Shown: positions 35,845 through 47,919 of the stretch, piece by piece
Layout of the letters: every line of letters starts with the position of its first letter
How positions within the stretch are numbered: position 1 is the stretch's first letter
Assembly: GCA_964016885.1 (NCBI GenBank)
Contig: OZ024741.1
Coordinates: 280,116,001-280,180,000 of the forward strand
Origin: Eledone cirrhosa
Lineage: Eukaryota
Reading direction: 5' to 3'
Length of the DNA: 64,000 nucleotides
Made by a program: the position numbers and the translations under genes
The notes under the pieces: generated by a model
Database searches by the model: none
The model's input: the letters and a program-made list of their open reading frames with translations, nothing else
Told to the model about the DNA's origin: nothing

Positions 35845-35895
35845 AGTTTCAGAAGATCCCGTTAAGGGTGAAAGCAGTGATTCTTTGCTTAAACT
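35845..35895 (+). ncRNA. Type I hammerhead-like motif, family III (CAGAAGA core)
   Basis: AGTTT-CAGAAGA-TCCC GTTAA GGGT-GAAA-GCA GTGATTCTT TGC-TT/AAACT, with all three stems pairing. The element (~35300-35925) ends at (TA)n. Confidence 0.62.
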
Positions 35896-35919
35896 TTAAT
35901 CTGTTATATTAATAAATAA

Positions 35920-35972
<53 letters not shown>

Positions 35973-38140
35973 CGTCATCATTTAATGTCCATTTTTCCAC
36001 GCTATCATGGGTTACACAAGTTGTCCAGATGTGAACTAAGCCAGAGCAGATGACCATCTCCAGCTCACACTGGACCGATTTTGGCTTGGTTTCTATGACT
36101 GGATGCCCTTCCTAACGCCAACCACATTTACAGTGTGGACTGTGTTTGTGTATATTATATATATATACACACACAAACATGTGGCATATTATTATGGTTG
36201 AGTTTCCATCATTAAAAATGTATTTCTGTCTTGGAAATATACTATAGTAATTAGATGGATATTTATTCCACTAAGTCTTTCATTACAGTATTTCTAATGA
36301 AGTATTTTGTACTTTAATCAATTAATGAAGAATTTGAGAAGGATTTAATAAAATTATAATTTCCTTAAAACAATATTTGTAACAACAAAATGTTCTTATA
36401 TAAAATTATGCTGGAAAGTTTTAATTTAAATAAGAGCCCTTTAAAATGGGTGGTCTTGTTTCATAGAAGTAGAGGTGGTTTTGGGAAGGTTGGTATCAAA
36501 AGTTTAAAAGCATTTCTCTGTTTGCCTTTGTTCATTATCATATTCATCATTTCACCTGCTTTTTTTCTTTTCTTTCTATCTATCTCACCTTTCTGTTCTA
36601 GTTAACTGTTAATATTCTTGTGTCGATAAAATAGTACCAGTCACACACTGGGTCGATTTAATCAACTTTCCCCTCCCCCAAAACTGCTGGCCTTGTGCCT
36701 ATATAAGAAACCAATATTCTAATTTTTCTTTAACAATTGGATATAAATAAACAAAAGGCAGTGAATTGGCAGACTCGATAGAATGTTGGATAGAATGCAT
36801 TGCAGTATTCATTTCAGCTCTGTTCCCTGAGTTAAAAAATCATCAAGGTCGACTTTGCCTTTCATCCAATCAAGGTCAATAAAAAATAAAAGTATCAGTC
36901 TAGTACTGGGGTCAAATTTTTCTCACTTCCATTATCTCATTCTCTATCCTTCTCTGGAAGAAATCTGCTGTATTCAACCCTTGAGAGAGATGGGTTCCAC
37001 CACGTTTTAAAATGCCCTAGAAACGCTGTATGGCATCAAGGCACCCCTACAGATCTCTCAGGGGCCATGTCATGTCATAAATAAGCAAGGCTTAGACTTT
37101 TCAGTATATATTTGTTTCATATTCATAGTTATTCTTTAGTATATCTGTTTTCTTTAAGGTTTTAAGCAATGTACAGTAAAAAATAATCCCTATCTAATTA
37201 ATTCTTGGACTGTATAATTGAAGGAAATTACAATTAATCATGCAGTTGTAGACTATACATTTTGAATTATTCAAATTATAAATGTTTTAACAGGATAGCT
37301 TTAAAATATTATATAAGTAGCTTTATATTTTCTTTGAAAATTTTACATGACTACTTTGTATGGTAGTAACCACCCTACTTATTTAAAACTAATTATAAGT
37401 ATTATTACATTAATATTGGATATAACGGTGGATTGGCAGTATCGGTAGAGGGTCGGACGCCATGCTTTCCAGCATAGTTACGTCCCTTTACGATCTGAGT
37501 TCAAATCCCACCGAGGTTGACTTTGCTTTTCATCCTTACGGGGTCGATAAAATAAAGTACCAGTAATGCACTGGGTAATTTCTGGCCTTGTGCCTAAAGT
37601 ATAAACAATTATTACATTAATATTTTTTTAATACAAATACTTCATCGATAATTTCAGTAAAGTACCAGTAATGAACTGGAGTCAATTTAGTTGACTTTCT
37701 TTTTTCTTCCAATTGCTGGCCTTGTGCCAAAAGTAGAAACAAATAATTTCAGTAAAGCAACAGTGCAGCATAATGTTCTAAAATAATATCACCCCAGTTT
37801 TTTTTAGAATAGCTACTACACTTCTCATTGCATGTTGTCAGAGACAACTAAAGTGGTTGTCATCAAAGAAGGGAATTTGGTTGTAAAACATGGCCTCAAA
37901 CCATCCTATCCAACTCATGCCAGCAATGGACATAAAAATTATCAAGTTGTTAACAAACAATGCATGAAGCCAAATTTTCAGTATTTTAACATTAAGAATA
38001 TATATATATATATTTATTGTTATACTTTGGGAGGGTCATTCTGCCAATAAAAACACATGCACCTGTTGGTTTTCACTTCAATTTATTATAAATTTCTGGT
38101 TGGTTGCTTGGTTCAATAACTGGATGATTGTTTATATATT

Positions 38141-38183
38141 TTCAAAGCTCTTTCGTCACGCATTCTGTGACCTCCTCAGTGAC
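38141..38183 (-). ncRNA. Type I hammerhead motif, family II
   Basis: Minus strand: GTCA-CTGAGGA-GGTCAC AGAATGC GTGAC-GAAA-GAGC-TT/TGAA. Confidence 0.7.
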
Positions 38184-38642
38184 TGGGTTTTTATTTTGTG
38201 TCTCTCCTTTGTTCTGTCCTACACCATCTTGTTTTTGTGTGTTGTGTGCTATATATATAAGTATATATGATGTGCTCAAGCACAGAGATGCTGTAAAGAT
38301 AGCTTATAAAATAGGGAGAAGACCCTTAAAAGACAGAAAAAGAAGTTGCCATCAGCCGCTGGCAACTTCTTTTTCCGATGATGTTGTTGTTGGGGTGGTG
38401 GCATTAATTTGTTCACCTCACTTCTTTCAATGTTTCATAACTCCCATGGTGTGTATAACAACTTTCATTTATTTTCTGTAACTGTTTGTTTATATCCTTT
38501 CTTTAAATACAAATATAATCAAATATGAAAAAATAACTTAGAATAACAATGACTTCTGGAGGCACAAAGACACAGATTAGTAAGGCTGGAGTGATTGCAG
38601 TTGATTGTATCAACTCTAGAACATAGCTAGTGTTTATTTTAT

Positions 38643-39619
38643 TCACCTGAGTGACGAAATCAGCAGTGGTGGAGGGTGTTCTGAAAGTACAGTAGCCAGA
38701 GTCAGAACGGGATGGAAAAAGTTCAGAGAGCTTATACCGCTGTTGGCCACAAAAGGTTTCTCTCTAAAAACGAAAGGCAGATTGTATGATGCCTGTATAC
38801 GAACAGCAATGTTACATGGCAGTGAGACATGGGCATTACGTGCAGAGGACCTGCGCAGACTGGAAAGGAATGAAGCATGCATGCTCCGTTGGATGTGTAA
38901 TAGTAATATACGTGAACGGCAAAGCATAAATGAACTAAGTGAGAAATTAGGAATAAGAGGGATCAGATGCTGTTTACTTGAGAGAAGACTATGTTGGTAT
39001 GGCCACGTGATGCGCATGAAAGACGACAGCTGTATAAAAAAGTGCAGGGCGATCAAAATTGATGGTAGTTACGGAGTAGGTAGACCCAGAAAAACCTGGG
39101 ACGATCTGATAAATTCCGACCTTACACACTTGCACCTCTCTAAAACAATGTCACTGGACCAAGATCTTTGGCGCTACGCAGTAATACAGACGACCCGCCT
39201 TGCCTATGTACAAAGTGAAAACTACAGTCAGTAGGCACCTCTTAACCAAATATACACCCCAATCCACTACCCCTACCCTATCCTACCCTATCCTCCCACT
39301 CCCACCAACACCACCCTCTCTCTGTAAAGTTGGTACCACAACATCCAGTCCAAATAAATGAGATCGAGATCGTGTAGGTGTCATGACAAAAAACCACACA
39401 GTCCACAATGTGGCCGTGTAGGTAACACAGTAAAAAGTTCCCAGTTCCACACTGTAAATGTGGTTGGTGTTAGGAAGGACATCCAGCCGTAGAAAACCCA
39501 CCAGATAGTCCTATATGAGCGAGACACGGTCACCCGACCAACCTTGCCTCAAGTGGGACAACTCCCGTCTAAATCATGCTAGCGTGGAAAATGGACGTTA
39601 AACAAAGATGATGATGATG
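38643..39619 (+). mobile_element. RTE family B 3' fragment
   Basis: ORF 38743..39234, then 3' UTR and (GAT)n. Confidence 0.9.
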
Positions 39620-39723
39620 TCAATATTCTACAATTTTTACCAATAATTGACTCTTTTGATACCAAACTGCATTAAACTGCCCATGATTCTATGATAGAAA
39701 ATTGTTTATTTTAAAGTGTTTAA

Positions 39724-40083
39724 TCTATATATATAAAATTGATGTTGTCTGTGTGTGTGTCCTCATTTTTGCAAAGTCTATACAAATCCACATTTCTACT
39801 CCGATTAACTTGCATTTATATATTCCTTGCGGTCTAAAGATACTAACTGGTGCTTTTATTTTTCAATTTTCTGTTGTTAAAGGGGTGTTAGGTGCCGGTT
39901 ATCGATCGCCGTCGAGCCCTTATAATATCTGTCTGTATGTCTGGCTGTCTGCATAACAACATTCTGACGAACACGTCATTGCTGACGTTATTATCTTCGC
40001 TACATTCTCACACACATGCACACACACATATATATACATATATACTTATATATACATATATATATATACACATATATACATAT

Positions 40084-40131
<48 letters not shown>

Positions 40132-41080
40132 CATGAGAAGAATGAATACTGCGTGGTTGCACATGGGTTTCATATGATAAAAATAGTCCTTCATCAGTGA
40201 TTTTCCAACCTTCATTGGTATTTCATCGCATTAAAAATCAGCTATATATATATACATATACAAACATATACACATATATAGATATACACCTATACACATA
40301 AAAATGTATACACATATATAAATATACACATAAAAATATATGTATACACACACACACACACATATATATATATATGGTGGCTGCCAACTCGTTTTCGAGT
40401 ATGGCCACTACTTTATATCCATGTAGGAGAACCCCTACCGATGCGCTGAACGAGTGTGACTTTTTAGTCAGCCAGCAACTTGAAAACTCTGGCACAAACA
40501 CTACACTTGTGACATTTATTGACACATAGTGCTGGGCCCATGGTACCATGTGACGACAAGGGCAGAGAGATCTCCAGATATAAAGGAATGCCTGTGCTGT
40601 GAAGCTTTTATAATGAGCAAAGGCACTGCACAAAGCCAGTCCCACTCTCTTAACCAAGATGATATTTACCAAAAAGAAGAACAAGTCAACATCATTGGAT
40701 ACCATCAGGGTTGCAGGTGTTATATCAGAGTTTTCCTTCTAGAATTCTGCCTTGACAAAGGCTAAGGGGTCATCTCTCCCGGTGATTTTGGATGGCCATT
40801 GACTCTTAAGAGCTCCTTTGCCCTTTGACAGGTTTTGTTTTTAGTCCTGCAGGATGTCCAAAGTCACTCTCCTCACCAAGAAACCTTGGTGGGGTTGCCA
40901 GTTTAGTCGCCAACGACCCGACCATGGGACAGGTTGTACTGGAATACATGTTACCAGTAGCACCAGCTGGTGACCTGACATACATATATATATATATATA
41001 TATACATACATACATACATACCTACACACACACATATATATATATATATGCATACACACACATATATATATATATGTATC

Positions 41081-41112
<32 letters not shown>

Positions 41113-42021
41113 CAGATACATTGTAGGTTGCTTTAACCCGTCTTTTATTATTCAAAAAACTTCTTGCCAATAAACATTAACCCTTTGTGCGCCATTCATC
41201 TAACTGTAGACCAACAAATACCAAAAAACGGAGCGTTGACAAGAACGATGGCGAATGAATGTTCGAGATAAGCAGTTTCCTCCCGAGCTGTTAGTTCATG
41301 CGGGATTCTCTGCTACACCTTTTCGTAATAATACCGAACAACGTACTGCTGGTCACTCCTTCCTCCAAAAGCTGTACAAAGCATCTCTCTCTCTCCCTAT
41401 ATATATATATATACATATATATATTTGTTATAAGAACAGATTAAAGTTTAAGCAAAGAATCGCTGCTTTCAACATTAACGGGATCTTCTGACACTAAAAA
41501 ATTTAATCTGTGAACGCAGAGGTAAATATTTCGAGAAACGTTGCAACCGAAGCAAAACAGGAAGACGATATTTTGGTTCGTGAAGATGTTCCCTGGCAAT
41601 GAATGGGAAAAAAAGCGAGGATAATACGTCGTTATGTGAACTGAGTATTTTCACCAAACTTAAGACATAGGTTACTTATGTACTCCGGATGGTGATGGGC
41701 ACTTTCATTTTTCCAGATATTGATTATAGGGCCTCCCGGCAGATAAACCCCTTCAACCGCTTCCTTGGAGTCGACTGCAGTGCAATGCAACAAAATGTCA
41801 TAACTTCTGGAATTCGCAACCGATTTTCACAAAACTTGACACATGGGCTACGTTTGTTCTACAGATGAATATGAATTGGCACATATTGAGTAGGGGACCC
41901 CTTTGGGAAAAAGCTGATGATTTTGTAAAAGTATAGTTTTCGAAGCAGCACTGAATTATTGACATAAATGGTATACATAACTGCTATTTAATACCCGAGC
42001 AACGCCGGGTACCTCTGCTAG
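39724..42021 (+). mobile_element. Non-autonomous Helitron with nested insertions, itself inside a MITE (39651-42165)
   Basis: A|TCTATATATATAAAA ... CCCGAGCAACGCCGGG..CTGCTAG|T. The rejoined flanks match the uninterrupted sequence at ~45860-45900. Confidence 0.85.
41445..41495 (-). ncRNA. Hammerhead-like motif, family III
   Basis: Minus strand: AGTGT-CAGAAGA-TCCCGTTAATGTT-GAAA-GCAGCGATTCTTTGC-TT/AAACT. Confidence 0.52.
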
Positions 42022-43709
42022 TATTTATCTAAAACCCTTCAATTTTTGTCTAAGAATCCTTGTTCCAAACACCAGCTTATATTACTGAATCCCTCCAAAT
42101 TCTAAGTAATTTTCAAAATTATATGAAAATCATAGTTTGTGTCTTTTATTAGAAGGGATTAAGGGTTGCTGTTACTGTGAAAATATGAGAAGTAACATTT
42201 ACTTTTCTTAAATATATTATTAACAGTTTAAAGGAATTGAAGTATCTCCAGCCAAGAATTGCTACAGAGCTGCAGATGCAGCTAATGAGGCTCTTACGTT
42301 AAATCCACAGCATTCATTATCAATAATAAATTACATTTTCTTTGGTGAATATGAAATCAATTTTCTTTGGAGTGAGAGCAAGTAATTCTATTCCAGTATG
42401 TTGCTTTGCTTTATCAATTCTGATAAAGCAAATATGAGAGATATCAGTAAAATTTTGTTACACTGAATTGTTAAACTTTCTATTGCCCTTTCTTTCTAAC
42501 ATCGGCATAAGGCCAGCAATTTAAGGGAAATGGGGATATTGATTATATCAACACTAGTACTTAACTGATACTTTATTTTACCGGCCTCTGGAAGGTTGAA
42601 AGTGTATTACTCATATATTAATCAAGTATTATCATTTATTTAAATTAATAATCATTTTGTTTTAAGACAATTGTATCATAATTTTTGTAAGCATTTCAAC
42701 TTCAAAATCTTTATATTGGAGGAAAGCGTTTTACATATTTACACTGATATATCTATAAAAACGTAAATATATTTACACTGTTGCCAAAAGCAAAGGTTTA
42801 TTTTTTCTCTGCATGAAAATAAGAAGTAATGGTTATAAAATACAAGCAATAATTGTAGATGATCTGCATTCGTTAAATATATGAAGTTAGTATCTAAGAA
42901 TGCTTGAAACCAACTGATTTGAGAAAATAAGTGGGTTAAAAAAGCTTTAACGGGGGAGACAAATGTATGTAGTCGTATACAAAAGTAACATGAATGAATT
43001 TTGCAGCACATGGAGTGGAAAAATACTGTATGTTAATGGTGACAACTACTTGCAGTAGAAGTTTATCAAGGATGACTTGCAAAGTTGTAGTCACTATATT
43101 TCTTGGTGTGGGTGATTGTGTTTCTTTCTTTTTTACCTCCCCCCTCCCCCCAAAAGTGTATAAGATTTCCTCTGCATCTTAGATACCAAAGGTTACTTTT
43201 GTCATATGCCAACACTTTTTTTTTCTCCTATAATTTAATAACTCAAAACAAGGAGACATCCATAACATTAGAGCATCTTTGACACCAGGAAATATGGTAA
43301 ACTATATATAATGTTGTGGGGCCTAGTAAATGTAATGGTGTATAATTATAGTCTGTTGAGAGATAGATGTTTTAATCTTTTCTCCATTACTGAACTGGTG
43401 TTTAGAACATAACTTTACAAAATTATAATTGTTTCTACATTTGGCACAAGGCCAGCAATTATCACAGTACATTACTGGTACTTTATTTTATCGACCCCGT
43501 AATGATGAAAGGTAAAGTTAACCTCGGCGGGATTTGAACCCAGACAATAAATGAATGGAAGCTTTTTAGATATTTATTAACACTTTAAAACAAACAATTT
43601 TGTATCATAGAACTAGGGCAGTTTGGTATGGACTTGGAAAGAAAATTAATATCAAACTATATATGAAGAAAATTTTGTTCTGATGAAATTTTTTTTTTTC
43701 TTTTTCTAG

Positions 43710-43913
43710 GAAGGAGATGATAATTTTCCATCAATATCAGAGTACCCAAATTTGAAAGAATCTGTTAAAAGCTGGGTGGACTACCAGGATGGACAAAAAA
43801 TACTGTTGACAACTCCAACAGTTTTAGTTGGGTACCGAGTAGAAGTATATCGTGCTGAAGGAACAACACAATGGTACACTGCTGTTATTAAAGCCTATAA
43901 CCATGCTTCACAG
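43710..43913 (+). CDS. JMJD1C: Internal coding exon of a JmjC histone demethylase, JMJD1C/KDM3-like (N-terminal region)
   Basis: Polypyrimidine tract and TAG| acceptor, |GTAAGT donor, 204 nt open: EGDDNFPSISEYPNLKESVKSWVDYQDGQKILLTTPTVLVGYRVEVYRAEGTTQWYTAVIKAYNHASQ. The QDGQ.ILLTTP.VLVG.RVEVYRAEGTTQWYTAVI motif is recalled from invertebrate JMJD1C/KDM3 proteins and was not database-checked. Confidence 0.8.
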
Positions 43914-45983
43914 GTAAGTTGTTTTTTTCTTGTTTTGTTTTTTTCTTTCATTTGTAAATATAAGAAAATTCTAATTCAGAGCTGTTGGAACCCCTCCCTG
44001 GTTGAATTCTACCACTTTTGTTTGGTTTTGATGTGGTCATGTCAGGTGTGTAGCCATACTTACCATGTTTGACCAATTGTAGGTTGGTGAGGCTATTTAA
44101 TCCATAGTTGGGTTTTTAACATTAATAAATGCTAAATGAAATCATATAGAATCAGAGCAGTTTTTCAGTAACTACTCTTAATTATTGAAAACAACATACT
44201 ATAGTATTTAATAATATTGGTGTAAATGAAGGTATATATGATAGGACTATATGACACAGGGGAAAAAAGCACCCAGTCCACCCTGTAGGTGGTAGGTAGT
44301 GCTGGTCACACAACGAAAAAGCACTCAGTTCGCTCTGTTAGATGGTCATTTTTTGGGCCACAATTAAAAGCACCCAGTCCACACTATAATGTGGTTGGAG
44401 TTAGGAAGAGCATCCAGCTGTAGAAACGAAGCCAAAATACAGATCCATATGAGCAAGACGTGATCCCCATTATCTGACTTGTAATAGCTTTTTTACTATG
44501 TAATTATTGCATTGATAAAATCTACCAGTACATGTGGCTTTCTAAAATCATTACACATGTATTTTTTAGGCACAGAACCCCACTTAATCATTTAAGAGTT
44601 AAACTACTTATTCTTTGAACAGTTTTTTTCCCATAACAAAGAAGTCACAAATATCTGACATTGTTTGCAGTCAAAGTATACTGACAGTTTGTGTTAATCT
44701 CATTTTGAATTCAGTGTTCTCACTTTTAAATCATAAGGTTTCACTTAGATATCCTTAATCTCACTTTGAATTGGCAAGTCCTCACTTTGAACTGATGTGT
44801 CCTCAAATATTATATCACTGACTTAGAGTGCTTCTACTTGAATACAAGCTGATCTTCAAAAACATAGTAAAAGCCATTGCATCATTGTCATTTTTGTTAA
44901 TATGAGACTTTAGATATAACTAATCTGAAACATTACAGAAACACCAATTGTATATATTTTTACTTTAATTTGTGACACCAACAACACAAGTTCAAATCTT
45001 GCTATAGGTCTTTCATTGCAAACCTAAACCATATAAATTTACTTGCCTTAGTCTACTATAACTGATAGTACTATTTATTTACACCGAAATCTAAAAAATG
45101 TTTTCTCTCTAGTCGATAGATAAGGCTTAAAATGACAGTAAAATTTGTCAGCCTGCTTTAGTGTAACTAGTAATGCAGCAGGTGTGAGTTTAAGTCCCAC
45201 AGGCAATGCTGTCCACCTTTTTGCTGTGTCTAGGGGCATGTATGCCCAACTTGTTCAACTGTTTTTCCTAGTCAAAAACCTGCGTTGAATGAAGCAGTTA
45301 ACATTAAGCTAACATACATTCAAAATTCATCATTTGCTCAACGTTCCATAAGAAATACGATTTATAAAATAATAGTACTTAGATGTCAAGCCATTAAAAA
45401 GAGAAAGCAACGCCATATAAATTGACTTGCCTCTGTCTACTATAGCTGATAGAAAATGCTGTTTATACTTGAGAGTAAAAATACTTTTTCTAATAATTCA
45501 TATGTAAATATAAAATAATAATACTTAAATGTCTATCCATTAAAAAAGACAAACAAACATACTCCAAGTGAAAATCATCATTTTATTAAACAATGGCATT
45601 GCCCCAGCATGGCCTCAGCCAGTCGGCTGGAACAGGTAAAAGATAACTCATGTATTTCCATATTGTTTACTGATACATCTCAGGCTAAATTATCTTGGAG
45701 GCATATTTTGAGAATATTTTACTTTCATTATTCATTATGATGCTTATGTCATTCTTTACAATCTCATAATTTTCTTAGTTTATCAAAGAAGCGAATGATT
45801 CTTTGACCCTTTTGTTACCAATCTGCTTGAAACTGCCCCTTGTTCTATGATACAAAACTGTTTATTTTAAAGAGTTTATATTTATCTAAATACCTTCCAT
45901 CATAAGTTTATGGAAGAAAATTTATTCAGTTATGCTCCTAACACCAGCTTAATAAAAAGGATTATTATTGATTATATTTAAAA

Positions 45984-47390
45984 CTAGCAGTGGTACCCGG
46001 TGTTACACGGGATAAGGTATTTTGGAACGCGGGCTGCCAACAGACCTAATCGTGGAAAAACTGGATGCCTGAACAATATGTAAAGAAAATAAACCGAATA
46101 CTCTGATGGCTGGATAATCTTTAAGATTTTCCTCGATGAAGCAGGAAAAATGCAGGTTTTCACCTAATGCGGGCCCTAAGGGATCAAGAAAATGAATTTT
46201 TTTTATGTGCATAATATGCCTTGAAATTTCGGGGAAAATAGGCTGGATGTAACGCTTCCAAAAAGCCCTAAGAAGCTGAAAAAATGAAGTTTTTCACCTA
46301 GGCCATAAGAAAGTTGGATTTTCTTTGCTTACGGTATGAAGAAAAGACTGACTAATACATAATTTCAAGGAAATCAGCCTGACGTAACGCCTCAAAAAAC
46401 CCCTAAAAATGTTAAAAAACGCAGTTTTTCACCTAATGCGGGCCCTAGGAGATAAAAAAGTTTTTATGTGTATAACACTCCCTGAAACATAAGTAATACA
46501 CATGTAAAGTTTGAAAAAAATCGGTTGGGTACTTCTCAAGTTTTAGGGATTCAAACTCACACACACATCCTCAGGGAAGTGACATAATGCAGACAGACAG
46601 ACATTCAGACAGATATTATAAGGGTGCGACGTTATATGTATGTATCTATCTAAAAGGTGAAAGACTAAGAATTATAGAGCGAGATCGCGAGATCGCCTAA
46701 TGCGGTCCCTAAGGCATTGAAAATTTGAAATTATTCTTGCTCAGAACACTCCCTGAAACATAAGTATTACATGTGTAAAGTTTGAAAACAGTCGGTTTGG
46801 TGCTTCTCTACAATACTAAGCAATAAAATAGTAACTTTTGTTCTCGTAAAGGCACGTAAGTAAACAAACTGAAGCTATATGTTTTTCTTTACCGGCTTTA
46901 ATTTTTAGTGTTGTGTGAAATATATAACCTGCAAACCTGATTTTTGAATTGCAGCAGGGTCGACTTTATTTCACTCGCTCCACTAAAAGTTAGATTTTCT
47001 TTGCTCACGGTATGAAGAAGAGACTGACTAATACATAGTTACCGGCTTTCATTTTTAGTGTTGTGTGAAATGTATAACCGCCTTAGCTAAGCTTAGTATT
47101 GCTGACGTAATGCAGACAGCCAAACATACAGACAGATAATATAAGGGCGCGACGTTATATGTATGTATCTATCTAAAAAGAGAAAGACTAAGAATTATAG
47201 AGAGAGATCACTAAATCGCCTAATGCGGTCCCTAGGACATTGAAAGTTTGAAAAGTTTTTGCTCAGAACACTCCCTGAAACATAAGTATTACATGTGTAA
47301 AGTTTGAAAACAGTCGGTTGGGTGCTTCTTGAGTTTTAGGGATTCAAACTCACACACACAGACAGACATCCTCAGTTTTATATATATAGA
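45984..47390 (-). mobile_element. Non-autonomous Helitron A
   Basis: Minus strand TCTATATATATAAAACTG ... CCCGTGTAACACCGGG..CTGCTAG, with internal duplications. Confidence 0.85.
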
Positions 47391-47919
47391 CTAGCAGAAA
47401 ACCACCCGGTGGGCGGTTTTCTGCTAGCAAATCTAGTGTATATACTGATATTGTTGAGATTTGGATGAGAAATGTTTTTGGCACCACATGTTCACCGTCT
47501 CTTGGTGTGTCTTTTATGCATGTATAAATATATATGTTATCTATACGGTGAAATCTTTGAAATAAATATATGTTAAAACGAAAAAGGAGAAAAAGAGATT
47601 AGTGACGGAAATATAAACGTTATGATACATAAACGTTATGATATAATGATGGAAATATATCTGCAAATGGTCCTTGGCATGGTGTCAAGTCAGAACCGCC
47701 TCGAACTGGTTACTTCTGGCTTGTGCAAGGTGTCTCTATAGCAACCAGCCTCAGTGATCAAAGTCAGTGGAGAGGAGAAGGTAATGTTTCTATAGCGACA
47801 GTGTTTCTCTTGGTAGTACCAAAGTGGAGAAAGGAAGGGGAAGGTAATATTTCTGTAGCACCTACATTTGAGTTTTAGGGAAGGACAGACAGACACAGAC
47901 AGACAAACAGAGAAATGCC

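Noticed and set aside
38336-38373. Rho-independent-terminator-like hairpin AAAAGAAGTTGCCA..TGGCAACTTCTTTT
   Set aside because: Eukaryotic intronic context, single occurrence, no supporting transcription unit.
43914-44072. C-terminal part of ORF 43752..44072
   Set aside because: Read-through past the GTAAGT donor into T-rich intron.
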